A DNA stretch of 64,000 bases from the NCBI GenBank assembly GCA_050273025.1, contig CP158635.1, positions 6,324,001 to 6,388,000 of the forward strand, read 5' to 3'. Source of the DNA: Cenococcum geophilum. Lineage: Eukaryota. Of this stretch, positions 52,643-64,000 are shown piece by piece; position 1 is the stretch's first letter, and the number at the start of each line of letters is the position of its first letter. Made by a program: the position numbers and the translations under genes. The notes beneath the pieces were generated by a model, which saw nothing but the letters and a program-made list of their open reading frames with translations, did not search any database and was not told the DNA's origin.

Positions 52643-55600
52643 TGTTAGCGACTTAGTCAATCGAGACATAAGTACGGCAAAATGGTCGCGCAAGCCTGTA
52701 CGATTGGATTGTCTATAAACGAGAATCTAAAGCTAAAGAAAGGGAAGGAGAAGAAGGGGAGCGCCGCTCGAAGCTATATACGATCTTTACGTCACGTGAC
52801 CGCAATATGCGGCAATCTGTGGCAACTTGCCGGTGCGTAGTTCTGCCAAGTTCTGCCAGTGCCGTAACATTACCCCCCCCTCTAAAAAAGCCTGCCCTCA
52901 GGCTTTGCCGCTAAAAGTCTTAGCAAGAGAATCTAACTAATTAGATAACTTTAACCGCCGGTTAAAGTTCCTAAATATCTTAACACCTTACGTAACTAAG
53001 AAATTTCTGGGGCGTTTTTGTCCTTATGTTCTTCTAGTAGCTTATTGTCTTTATTATGCCAGCACTCTATCTACTTATCTAGGTACTTTAGCGGTCTGGG
53101 TTTATTAGGGTAATAGCTATAGAACTCCTAAAGCTTATAGGGGCTATCTATAAAGTTCCATGTAGGGTACTAAGTAGGGTCTAGGTTATATCCTTTCTAA
53201 CTAACCTAATACTTTAACGTTCCCTTTACAAGTTTATAGGCCAGTATTTCTTTAATTTCCTATTTATTATTATTGTTAACTTAAATTGGTAGGGGAGGTT
53301 TATTCTTTTATCCGGGCAGTGGGTTATTTATAGCTTTCTGTAGCTTATCTGGTAAGAAGATAGGGTGGACTTTAATTAAGTCTGGGAGCTTAACCTTATA
53401 CGAGTTGCCTACTTTATTAAGAATCTTATATGGTCCTGCTATCTTATAGTCTAGCTTACGGCTAGGCCGTTCTGTCTTCTAGTTCTTTATTATAACCTAG
53501 ACTATATCGCCTACAGTAAAGTTAGGCTCGCGCCTATGCTTATTTACCTGCTGTTTTATTAATTTCTAGGCCTTTTTTAGGTTTGTACGGGCTACTTTCT
53601 AGGCTTCTTCTAAGCGCTTAGCGTACTGCTGGGCTTCCTTATGAGATAGTTTTTCGCGTATGGTCTGGGGCCCTTTTAGTCTTTCCCAGTTAAAGCTTAT
53701 GTGGGGTAGGTAACCTATTTCTAGTTAAATAGGGGCAAATCCGGTAGAGTTGTGGGGTAGGGTTGCTTAGGCGTAGTTTATTAAGGGCAATAGTTTGGCC
53801 TAGTTATCCTAGAAGTAGTTAATGAAAGGCCGGAGTCTCTAGTCTAAGTATTGGTTCACAATCTCTGTTTAACCGTCTGTCTGGGGGTAATATGCTATAA
53901 AAAGCTTTAGCTTAATGCCTAGAATCTAGGTGAACTTATTCCAAAAGGCTGATATAAACTGCGGCCCGCGGTTAGATATAATAGTGTCTAGTAGTCCGTA
54001 AATTTAGTAGATGTAGTGGATATATAGTTGGGCTGCCTCTTTAGCATTAATATTCTTATGACAGGGAATTAAGAACGGGCGCTTGCTAAAGCGGTTAACT
54101 AGGATTATAACTATATTATATCCGTCACGGTCTGGAGGTAGCTTATAAAAGTCTATAGAGATATGTTACTAGGGGTAGTCGGGTATTAGGAGGGGTTTTA
54201 ATAGTCCTAGGGTCTTATCTTGTGGGATTATAGACCTATAGCAGTCGTTGCAGTTCCGTATATAGTGGTTAATATCTATAACCATTCCGGGCTAGTAGTA
54301 GCGGTCGCTAATAATCCTACGGGTTTTATTCTTTTTGGGGTAGGCCGTAGAGACCTAGGTATGTACTTTAGCAATAAGCTAAGTCCGTAAGTTCTATTCC
54401 TCTGCTACTACCAGCCGTTCCTAATACTTAAGTAATCCATTTTTGAGGGACTATAGGCTGGTAACGTTCTTTGCCTTTTTACAGTACTCCTATAGAGAAG
54501 GGGCCGTACGGTTTATCTACAGTAATTTATTAATTAAGTTAAGTCCTAAAGGGTTAATAGGATACATCTCGGCGCCTAAGGGGTCTGTACTTAGTTCTGC
54601 CTATATCTAGGGGTTAAGGTACTCTAGTTGTAGTAGCGTTTAGGTCCGTAATAAGATCTTTACAGCCGTATAGTCACCTAAGTCTTATTTACGCCTAGTA
54701 AGAGCATCCGCACGGTTCGCAGCGCCTGGTCTATATATAATTAAGAAGTTAAACTAAGATAGGACGTCTGCCTAGCGTACCTGCCGGGCCGTAAGGGCCT
54801 TAGTTGTTATAAAGTATTCTAGGGCCTTATAATCTAATACTACTTTAATAGGTTTAGGGGTCCCCTCTAGCTATACACGCTAGTGCTAAAAGCTAGAGAT
54901 AATAGCTAGCATTTCTTTATTATAGATATGGTAGTTTAGTTTAGCATTTATTATAGTCTTTAAATAGTATATAATAGGGTGCTATTCTCCATCCAATTGC
55001 TTTTAGGAAAAAACACCGGCTATCGCGCTGTTTAAGGTATTAGTTTCTAGTATTAAAGGCCATTCTGGGTTAAAGTAGGCAAGTAGGGGGGCCAACACTA
55101 GCCGTTTTTTAAGCTTATTAAAGGCCTGCATATATATGGCGTTAAAGTAAAAGGGCTAGTCTTTCCTAGTAAGGCGGTTAAGAGGCCAGGCGATTCTGCT
55201 ATAGTTCTTAATAAAGTATTAGTAGAAGTTACAGAAACCTAAAAACAATTATACCCCCTTTATGGTCTAAAGGGGCGTCTACTAGTTAATTACGGTCGTT
55301 TTCTCTGGGTTAGCCTTAATTCCGTCTATACTAATAATAAAACCTAGGTACTTTATACGCTTAACACTAAATTCCAACTTCTTAATATTGGCCTGGAGGC
55401 CAGTTTCGCGGAGCCGTTGTAGAACTTTATAGATGTGCTCCTTATATTCTAGTTCGTTCTCTAAATAGATTATAATATTATCTAGATAGGCCGTATAGAA
55501 GTTGTTAAGGTAGTTAAAGAGTATATCGTTTATATACCGCTGGTACGTAGCTAGTCCGTTAGTTAGTCTAAAAGGAAGTACCTTATATTTATACGTCCCG

Positions 55601-58600
55601 TAATAGGTCTAGAATATAGTAAAATCCTTAGACCTGGGGTTTATCCTAATTTAGTAAAAGGCTTAGCGGATATTAAGCTTTATAAAAACCTTAGCTCTAC
55701 TTATTTAGGTAAGAGTTTTATTAAGTAAGGGCAGCGGGTAGCGGTCCTTGGGGTTATATTATTTAGCTTACGGTAGTTAATATAGAAGCGCAGTCCTTTA
55801 TTTAGCTTTTTAATAAAGAGAATAGGTAAGTTAAAAGGGGCTTAGCTAGGCTTAATAAAGCCCTTATTTAGGTTGTTAATAAGGTACTACTTTATAGCCT
55901 ATAATTTGGCAATAAACTATAGGTAGAGAGGGCTAAAGCTAAGGGTGCTTCCCTTGTCTTACTTAATCTCAATCTTATAGTTATATAGTCAGTAGGGTGG
56001 AAGCATATTAGACGCTACCTTAGAGAATACGTCCTTGAATTTCCGGTGTTAATTAGGCAGTTTTTACTCTATTAGTTCTTTATCTATAAGCCCGCTTTCC
56101 TATCCGCTAAGCTTACTTTCCTTTTCCTTAATTATTCGGTTAATTTTGTATAGGCTAGTTATAAAGGCAACGGTATTAGGCTAAACTAGGTTCCGGTAGA
56201 ATCCTATAGCGCTAATATAGCAGATATTAACTGGTGGGAGGTCCGTAGGTTTCTTTAGCGTCCGTTAGGCCGTGGTTTGCGGTATAGGGTTTATAGTCTT
56301 CCTTAGCTCACGTTCCATTTTCTGTAAGTTATCCTTCCTATTTATTAGTTTAGTATAGCGTCCGATATCCCTAGCTTTCCTTTATAGCTTCGTAGGGTTC
56401 TCTATAGGGAACTTAGCTAGGTCACTACCGACTTCCTAGGTCTTTAGTGCGGGTAGCGTAATATAGGTAGTCTAGAGGCGGCGTAGTATACGGATCCGTT
56501 GCGGGTTAAGCTGTACGTCCTTCTTAAAGGCCTAGTCTCTGCGCATAGTATTAGCCTAATAAATGGTATTGATCTAGGGCCGTATAAGGTTTTCTATTAT
56601 AATACTAATTTCTTTTATAAAGGAAGGGGTTGGGGGTAGAGTTTTGGGCCAGATAAGCCGTCTACTCCGTACTTTAAGCTGTAAGCCTAAATAGGCTAGC
56701 TATTTTCTTCCTAAGATTATATTGTGGCTTCCTAAGTCCGTAATAAGAAAGGGGATATTATACTGCCTTTATCCGTTAACGCGGAGGTAAATCCGCAAGA
56801 TAGTTATAATAGGTGGCCCTATCCGTCCGTTATAACCATAAATAGGGATTAATTTAGGCAGTTTTTTAAGGGGTGCATTTAAAAAGTCAGCCAGTTTTAT
56901 AGCGCACTTTATATTAATTAAGGTAAAGGCATTTACTCCTAAGTTAGCTAAAGTAGAGGTTAAAACTTAATATCTATTATGAAATAAAGTATAAGGGATA
57001 GTGTAGCTTTTTCTACTAACTAGCTGACCTAGATTAATATGTAATATATTAATCCCTTTTAACCCTAGAGAGGAGTCTTCCTCTAGGGTTCCTCTTTTTC
57101 TGGCTTTATACTATCCTCCTAAATTAACAAGACCTTATTTGTCCTTGCCTTTATTGGGCAGTTTCTTATAGGGTGGCCTATTTAACCGCACGAGAAGTAA
57201 GCTCCTTAATCGCTAAAGGCCTGTATACGGGGGTCGCTGTATATAGGCTAGGTGTATACTAGGCCCGTAGTAGGGGTAGCTATACGGCTAGCTGCTGGGT
57301 TGGCTGTAGGAGTTGCCGATTGTGCTAGGGCACTACGGGCCGTACTTGTAGTACTTGCGGCCTAGTTTATAAGGTTTCTAGTTTTTAGCCAGTTAGCACG
57401 TGCCTTAATTTAATAAAGGCCTTGGTTAATAGCTAGGTAATGGTCTATAAGTTCCTTTAACGTCTATGCCGTAGTATAAGCTAGTAATACGGCCCGCTAT
57501 AGGTCTAGGGTAAGCTTATTAAAGAGGTCTGGTAGTAGGTCTTCCTAGGGGATTTAGGCCTGTCCGGCCAGGTATAGAAAGCGGGTTTGGAAGGCTAAAA
57601 AGGTCTTTATTATTTTTATGTTTAGGCTTTTATAGCTAAGGCGGGCGTTCTATACTTTAAAAGGGTCCTTATACATTAAAGATAAGTATTTAATTATTTC
57701 TTCTTTAGAGATGAAGGGGTTTGCTAAGTCTTTAGTGTATCGCGGGCGTAAATGCGTCTAGGTGTCTCCGCCAGTACGGCTAAAGACGTAGGCCATTCTG
57801 GCTTGGGCGTTAGGGAAGTGGTCTATATTAACTTTAAGCTTATCCTATAATTAGAGCTTTTAATTGTTAAATATAGGGTCGGTTCCGTCTGTGAGTAGTA
57901 GGGGGTCCGCGACCTTTGCTGACTGCTTCGGTGCTGTATGGGCCTTGGTGGATCCACTAAGGCGCTAGGATAGGGCCTAAAGGACTATAGTAAGTCTTTG
58001 GTTGTCTAATGATAACTCATTATTAGATATAGGGGTATCTCTGGCTTCAAGCAGCTCTCGCAATTGTTTAATTTCGGCATTGGCAGCCGCAAGCTCCGCC
58101 TAAGGGGTTGAAACGTTAATTATTTCTTCGTCTGAAGTATTTAAGGGTCCTGTAGCTGCTTTACCTGCTACTATAGTTCGTGGTATGGTAGTAGGGGTAT
58201 TGGGTAATTCCGGGTAATTTCTTTAGGGGTTCTGGTCTGTGTGTATCTTATAGGTCCTTTCCTTAGGGTTCTATTCTTTTCTTTTAGGTCCTGTCCTTGT
58301 GGTCCTGGTGATGTCCTTAGGGTCCTATTCTGTATTCTCGTAGATATATTTAAGTTCCTTCTTAGGAAGAAAGAGTAGAGTAAGCTTTAGATAATGTTAG
58401 CGACTTAGTTAATCGAGACATAAGTACGGCAAAATGGTCGCGCAAGCCTGTATGATTGGATTGTCTATAAACGAGAATCTAAAGCTAAAGAAAGGGAAGG
58501 AGAAGAAGGGGAGCGCCGCTCGAAGCTATATACGATCTTCGCGTCACGTGACCGCAATATGCGGCAATCTGTGGCAACTTGCCGGTGCGTAGTTCTGCCA

Positions 58601-58621
58601 AGTTCTGCCAGTGCCGTAACA
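52643..58621 (-). mobile_element. Full-length Ty3/Gypsy chromovirus, RIP-inactivated
   Basis: 227-bp LTRs 52643-52869 and 58395-58621. TSD CTAAG. PPT complement CCCCCCCCTC at ~52873. RT YLDNIIIY ~55465-55488, integrase, chromodomain (W)EI(E)EILA..VS(W)KGY ~53140-53270. Confidence 0.95.
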
Positions 58622-60849
58622 CTAAGGCGGGTGTCTTTAAGCAGTGTGTTGACGTCTCCCTTTATGCAGCAAATGTAGTGCAGCTATATTAAAAAGGCGT
58701 AATTAAACTCTAAATGAAAAGGATTATATAGTATACTTTGGCTATTATTGTGTTATTATATAGTAATATCTAAAATTGTCTGGTTAACTTACTATATATT
58801 ATTATTGGTTTTGCACAAAATTGGTTTACCTGCCTTTATATTCTTAGTTGCTTTAAATATTTCTACTCTAAGTAATGATAATAATAATAGGACGCTTTTC
58901 TAATGTGGTATACCGTATAGAGGCACTAGGTGGGCATTCTGCTTATATTTTACCGCTACTAGAGCATACTTATTAGTATCCATGTTTATACTATTTGGTT
59001 ACAATTACGCGTTATCTAACTAGTTAGAGTGGTGGAATTAATCGCGAATTATAAGTAGTTGGGCCGCAATAAATGTGTAAGTGTTATATCTCTCTTTACG
59101 TGTTTTTTTGTAAACGTATTAGTGGCTAGGTAGCCGCCTTTTATAGCACTATAAGTGTCGGTAAAGGCCGCCGTAACTCTTAGGGGTATAAGAATACCAT
59201 AGACAGCTCTACTATATTGTCGCTAATTGTATATTAAATAATGTGGTATTATTTCTAGGCGTAAAGAGTGCGTATTATAGTACTAACGGTTAATTGCCGG
59301 TATTTAATCTAAGTGGCTTGGCTTTGTAGCTGCTAAGAGTATACCTCTTATTTTCTTGTTAGAACTAGTTATGCTAAAGCGTAAGTATAACTAGCTTGAT
59401 ACTGAGTTTAAGGACTTAAGAGTTTAAGGTAACTAAACTAGATACTAAAGTGTAAGTATAACCAGCTTAACACTAAGCTTAATACTAAGTTTAAGGACTT
59501 AAAAGAGTTTAAAGTAGCCGAACTGTAAACTAAAGACTTAATGGTACCTAAAAAACTTTTATCTATCTAAATAACAATATATAGTATTCTTAGGCGATGG
59601 CTATAGGACTATAGCTACGGCGAAGATATTATTTACCACTGATATTATAGAGCCTGATGATGTTAGCTATCCAGATCTACGATTCCGTTATTTCTATATA
59701 AGCCGTAGTAAGAAAAAAGGGAGGATTAAGGGTAGTGCTAGTTAAGTTGAGATAACTAAATAAGTTAGTATTTGGAACTATAATATCTAGTCTTAGGTAT
59801 ATAGAGTTCTAACTAATATTTAACTTAAGCTGCTGCCCGGAAGTCTTATATTCGTCGTTAGGGTAACGCTAAAGGGTTAGGCTAAACAATAGGTATTAGC
59901 AATAATATAGATGATTTAAAGCCCGCGAAGTAACTAAATAGAAAGCCCGTATCTTGTAGGCTAACTGTTTATTTTTAATAGCTTTTAAAAGTTTATTTCT
60001 AGAATTCCTTTTAATACCTCTAGTTTCCTATTAAACAGATATATTAGTATAAGCCTATATACTACTAGGGTGCGGAGAGCTAAAATATAGTTGGAGCTCT
60101 TTAAATGATTTGGCAGAAAAGAACGGGTTATTTAGGTTAGTCTATAGATTGGCTAGCTTAACCTTAATATCCTACCCTAGCTTGTGAAGATTAGGGCCAT
60201 CTCTACCTAGTATACTACCGTCGATCTGCATATTGGCATCTTCCTTATTCGCAGCGGCTGAAGAAGCTTTAGGTGTCTAGTCTTTAGAAAGCATTGTGAT
60301 GCGGCTTTTAAGAGAGCCCGCTCCGCACTAGGGCACTAAACGCTATATTGTAGGTAGAGCTTATAGTAGTTGTGTAAGGCGGGATATATTTCTAGGTAGT
60401 ATACGTTTAGAGAAATTGAGGCCGAGGTAAGCTTGACGTAGCCGTGTTTTTAAAGAGAAATTGAGGCTAAGCTAAGCTTAACGTAGTTGTGTTTTTGAAG
60501 ATAAAGAGGCTGTAGTATTGGTTTAGGCGGCTATAGAAGTTTAAAAGATTAAGCGGATAATGGTAGGAAATAGAAGAAAAAGGCGTATAAATGAGAGTAC
60601 GGTGTTATAGGGCTAGAGTGACAATAGCTATGTTGTGGATAGCTTGATATGTAATTTGGACTACGGGACCTATATATAAATAAGTCTAGCGAATATCTTT
60701 AATATAAGGCGTAGTAGCTATAAGTGGGATCTAGGATACTAGTTTTAGGTTGCCTATATAGTAAACGTAACAGCTTACCTAAAAAAAAGTTGCTTTATTA
60801 GTAACATAGCTTAAAAATAGGTTATACTTTAGGTAAAAGGGTATCCTAA

Positions 60850-61175
60850 AGCCTTATCTTGCGCTTATGGGATAAAATACCATATTATATTTTACTTTGT
60901 TTTGTACAATCTTAGACTTTTTATAATGTCTTAGATTATCTCCCTACCTTTTTTTACTATGCACTTTACCTTATCTTGCGCTTATGGGATAAAATACTAT
61001 ATTATATTTCACTTTTTTTTATATAATCTTGGACCTTTTATAATGTCTTAGATTATCCCCCTACCTTTCTCTACTATATATTTTGCCTTACCTTACACTT
61101 GTGGAATAAAATGCTATATTGTATTTCACTTTTTCGTATAATCTTAGACATTTTTTAATATCTTAGATTGTCTTA
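60850..61175 (+). repeat. ~118-bp tandem repeat x~2.7
   Basis: Unit begins CCTTATCTTGCGCTTATGGGATAAAATAC near 60852, 60970 and 61086. Confidence 0.85.
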
Positions 61176-61641
61176 AACTTATTTCCCTACCTCTCTAGAG
61201 CTGCTTTACTAACTAGTTATAATATAAAGAATAGAATTATTAGCTCTCTTATTGTTATTCACTTAATTAGCAGCGCAAATCTTATATCTTATCTTGCTAT
61301 ACACCTTTTATTCTATTTCTTACTCTAAGTTTTATATTTTATTTTACTACCTATATTAAAGCTTATATCTTATCCTACTTCTTACGTTAAGACTCGTATT
61401 CTATTCTATTTCTTATATTACTCTTAAATCGCTCTTATTAGTATCTGCTATTATCTTAAGTTAATACTATTAGCACACCTTTTTATTATAACTGTTAGGA
61501 TTATCTTATTATATTATTACTGTATAATTACAGCACCTGTTATACTAAACGCGTGCTTACGCGTTTACGCGTTTAGTGTATTAACTACTTGCTTACGCGT
61601 CTGGTGCACTTATAAAGCACTGACTAATTAGGGGGGAGGTG

Positions 61642-64000
61642 TATTAGTATATAGACCACGTAGTCTGCTTTATACAATTAATAGTCACCATCTAAACAAG
61701 TATACGATACTACATGTATTTTGTGCCCGTGGATACGACTTACTCATACTATTAAGTTAGTATGAACACTGATTAGTAAGCGCGCACAGATTAGCAATTA
61801 CTTGATACCTCCCCCTAAGCGATACTTAACAGCAACCACCTGTTTAGACTCCTAGTACGACCTGCTGGAAGGTCGGAAGTTGGGGATTACGGACTTATCT
61901 CTAACTCTGTATACTTATTTAAGTCTTAGTACGGTTTATTGAAAGTATAATAGATGTGAATACAGACCTGTACGGAACCCCCTACCCTTAAACCTTGAAC
62001 CCCTATCCCTACTACACCCTCTTTCAATACCTCCAACGTTTTTTTAGACCCCTTATGGAGACCCCCTACCCCTTTGCAAACTACTACGGACCTGTTGAGA
62101 CCCCTTATGGACACTTTTACCCTTCTACGAACCGCTACGGACATTAACCGCCTTTACGGACTACTATAAGACCTCTTTTACCTACTGCGTACTACACTAT
62201 ACTATATAGTATAGCAGACCTAAGGAAGCAAGTCAATAAAGGCTAGGAAAAGTGGAGGCAGGGAGCTAACCTTACGTCTATACCTGATGTTAACAACTAT
62301 ATTAAATTTAAAGTTCTTAAATATAAATATTTTAAGCTTATGAACGTCGACCTATAGGAGTAATACTAAGAAGACTTCGCGGATTTTATGGAAGCTATCT
62401 TTAAAGTATGTAACCCTACTACCATCTATAACCTATGGACCCTCTTACATAACTAAGGTATATGGGTTAAAAGGAATAAACAAGTTACTATTACACAGTC
62501 CTTATATAATATAATACACGAGAAGGACCAAACGGAATGGACTAAAGAGGAAATCCTAGACTAGTTCTAAGAAACTAAGGAACTCTTTACTTCTTCTAAA
62601 CTTAATATAATCGCTAGCCTTATACCTAACCTACTTAACTAAATTCGTCCTATAAACCTAAGTAGTTTCGGAATTAATTTTATGGGCTAAAGCACACCTA
62701 GTACTCAAGTTACGGACCGCAATACCCCCGCAAACCAAAATACGGACTAAATTACCCCTGTTATTTAAGTCACAGATCCGTAAGCCACATATCCGCAAAC
62801 CACAAATTTATAAGTTATAGATCCGTAACCTACCTAATTAAAGACCTACGGTAAGGAGCTAGCTAACCTAGCTAAGCTCTATACCGATGAATCTAAGTAT
62901 AGCGGCGAAAATAATAACTTTAACTTTAAACTAACCATCTTTACGGACCTCTGTTAGAAGGCTGATATTCCTAAACAAGAGTTTAGCCAAGCCTACTCTA
63001 CTATGCTGCGCGGCCTAGCACTTGACCACTACTATACTAACCTTAAGAGTAACCCCCTTGGTGTTTCTTTTAATAAGCTATGTGAAGCTACACGTAACTA
63101 CTTTAAAGGACCGGAATATAAGCGTAATATCCTTACCTAATGGAATGCGACTAAGCTACGGACCGTAATGGATAAGAACACTGAAAAATCGACTATAGAG
63201 TGCCTGCAAATCCTTATTAAAGACCTCCGCCACCTATAGCACGGTTTTAATATTAAGCTTTAAATGGACGACTTCCTGTATAATAAACTTATTACGGCCT
63301 GCTAGGAAGTAGAGCCCTGTAAGTACGCCTACTACAAGCCTATAGATACCTTAGCTGGCCTCATTAATAATCTACGCTCCTCTATTGTAACGTACAAAGT
63401 CTTAAACCCACTAGGCAGCACTTAAGCCTTTATTACAGATATTTAATATCCGCAAATAGACTTAAACGTCTACTTTATGGACCGCCGCTATTGCCAGCAG
63501 CACCCGTACCGACTAAGTCCTACCCATAACCCCTGCAGCAACCCCCGTACGAAAACATACCTCCGTAGACAAATTAGCCAGAAGTGCTTTATGTGCGGTA
63601 AGGAAGAATGTTAGTCTATAAGGTATACCTAGGAAGAACGTAACAAGTCTAGGAAGAGACTTAATAGCTGTATTAATTAGTTTATTTTAGAATACGAAGG
63701 AGAGGAAGTAGAAGAGCCCCCTAATAAGTTAATAGAAGCCCTTATAATTAACTTTAACTCAGATATTTAGGAACAAGAGACCTTAGAAACATTCCTAACT
63801 ACTTTCAGACCTTTTACGGACAGCTAAGCCTTTAATATTATGACCGTATTAGCCGACCGTTCCTTTATACACTTAGTTGCGCCTAAAAACCATTCCGCAA
63901 GCACCCTCGTTATAGACGTTATAGATTATAAGCAGGACCCATTTATATATATCACCACAGAACGCTATACCCCTAAGGAATTCTACGGTGTTATAATCGA
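61642..64000 (+). mobile_element. Copia retrotransposon (GalEa-like gag), 5' part, RIP-degenerated
   Basis: Candidate LTR 61642-61831 (TATTAGTAT...ATACTTAACA). Gag LYTDESKYSGEN..F.FKL, AYSTMLRGLALDHYY, knuckle CFMCGKEEC ~63584. Protease start FYGVII at the window end. Confidence 0.8.

Larger units (their letters stand above)
41590..60700 (-). mobile_element. Plavaka-type (CACTA-related) DNA transposon relic split by two Gypsy insertions; ends approximate
   Basis: De-RIPed ADYEEQVLLTGVKS.QHC.MCQVP (~51865-51935), DVLHQLLKG (~51657-51685), FNIPKFH (~51190-51210). The ORF tail reads across the AATAC TSD (50118|42160), and the flanks join across the CTAAG TSD. Confidence 0.65.

Noticed and set aside
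1..64000. Alternative genetic code or stop readthrough to explain the many TAA/TAG in TE genes
   Set aside because: Stops fall at expected Gln/Trp/Arg codons via C>T and G>A changes typical of RIP; host genes use the standard code.

Overview
Filamentous ascomycete (Pezizomycotina-type) genomic DNA with a two-compartment layout. A GC-balanced gene island (~14.85-33.7 kb) holds four intron-containing genes: an Rgt1-like Zn2Cys6 factor and a copper-fist Ace1/AceA-like factor (divergent pair), then a Rec114/Rec7-like meiotic gene and Rsc9 (divergent pair). AT-rich blocks of nested transposons degraded by repeat-induced point mutation (RIP) lie on both sides: Ty3/Gypsy chromoviruses, Copia, pogo/Tigger, hAT, Plavaka/CACTA-like elements and MITEs. 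The standout is a tRNA-Leu(CAA) gene at 41331-41544 inside the right repeat block. It folds into an 84-nt cloverleaf only after three segments are removed: a canonical tRNA intron plus two ~50-nt GT...AG segments with branch-site-like motifs, i.e. apparent spliceosomal introns in a tRNA gene. All calls come from manual reading and family knowledge; no database searches were run.
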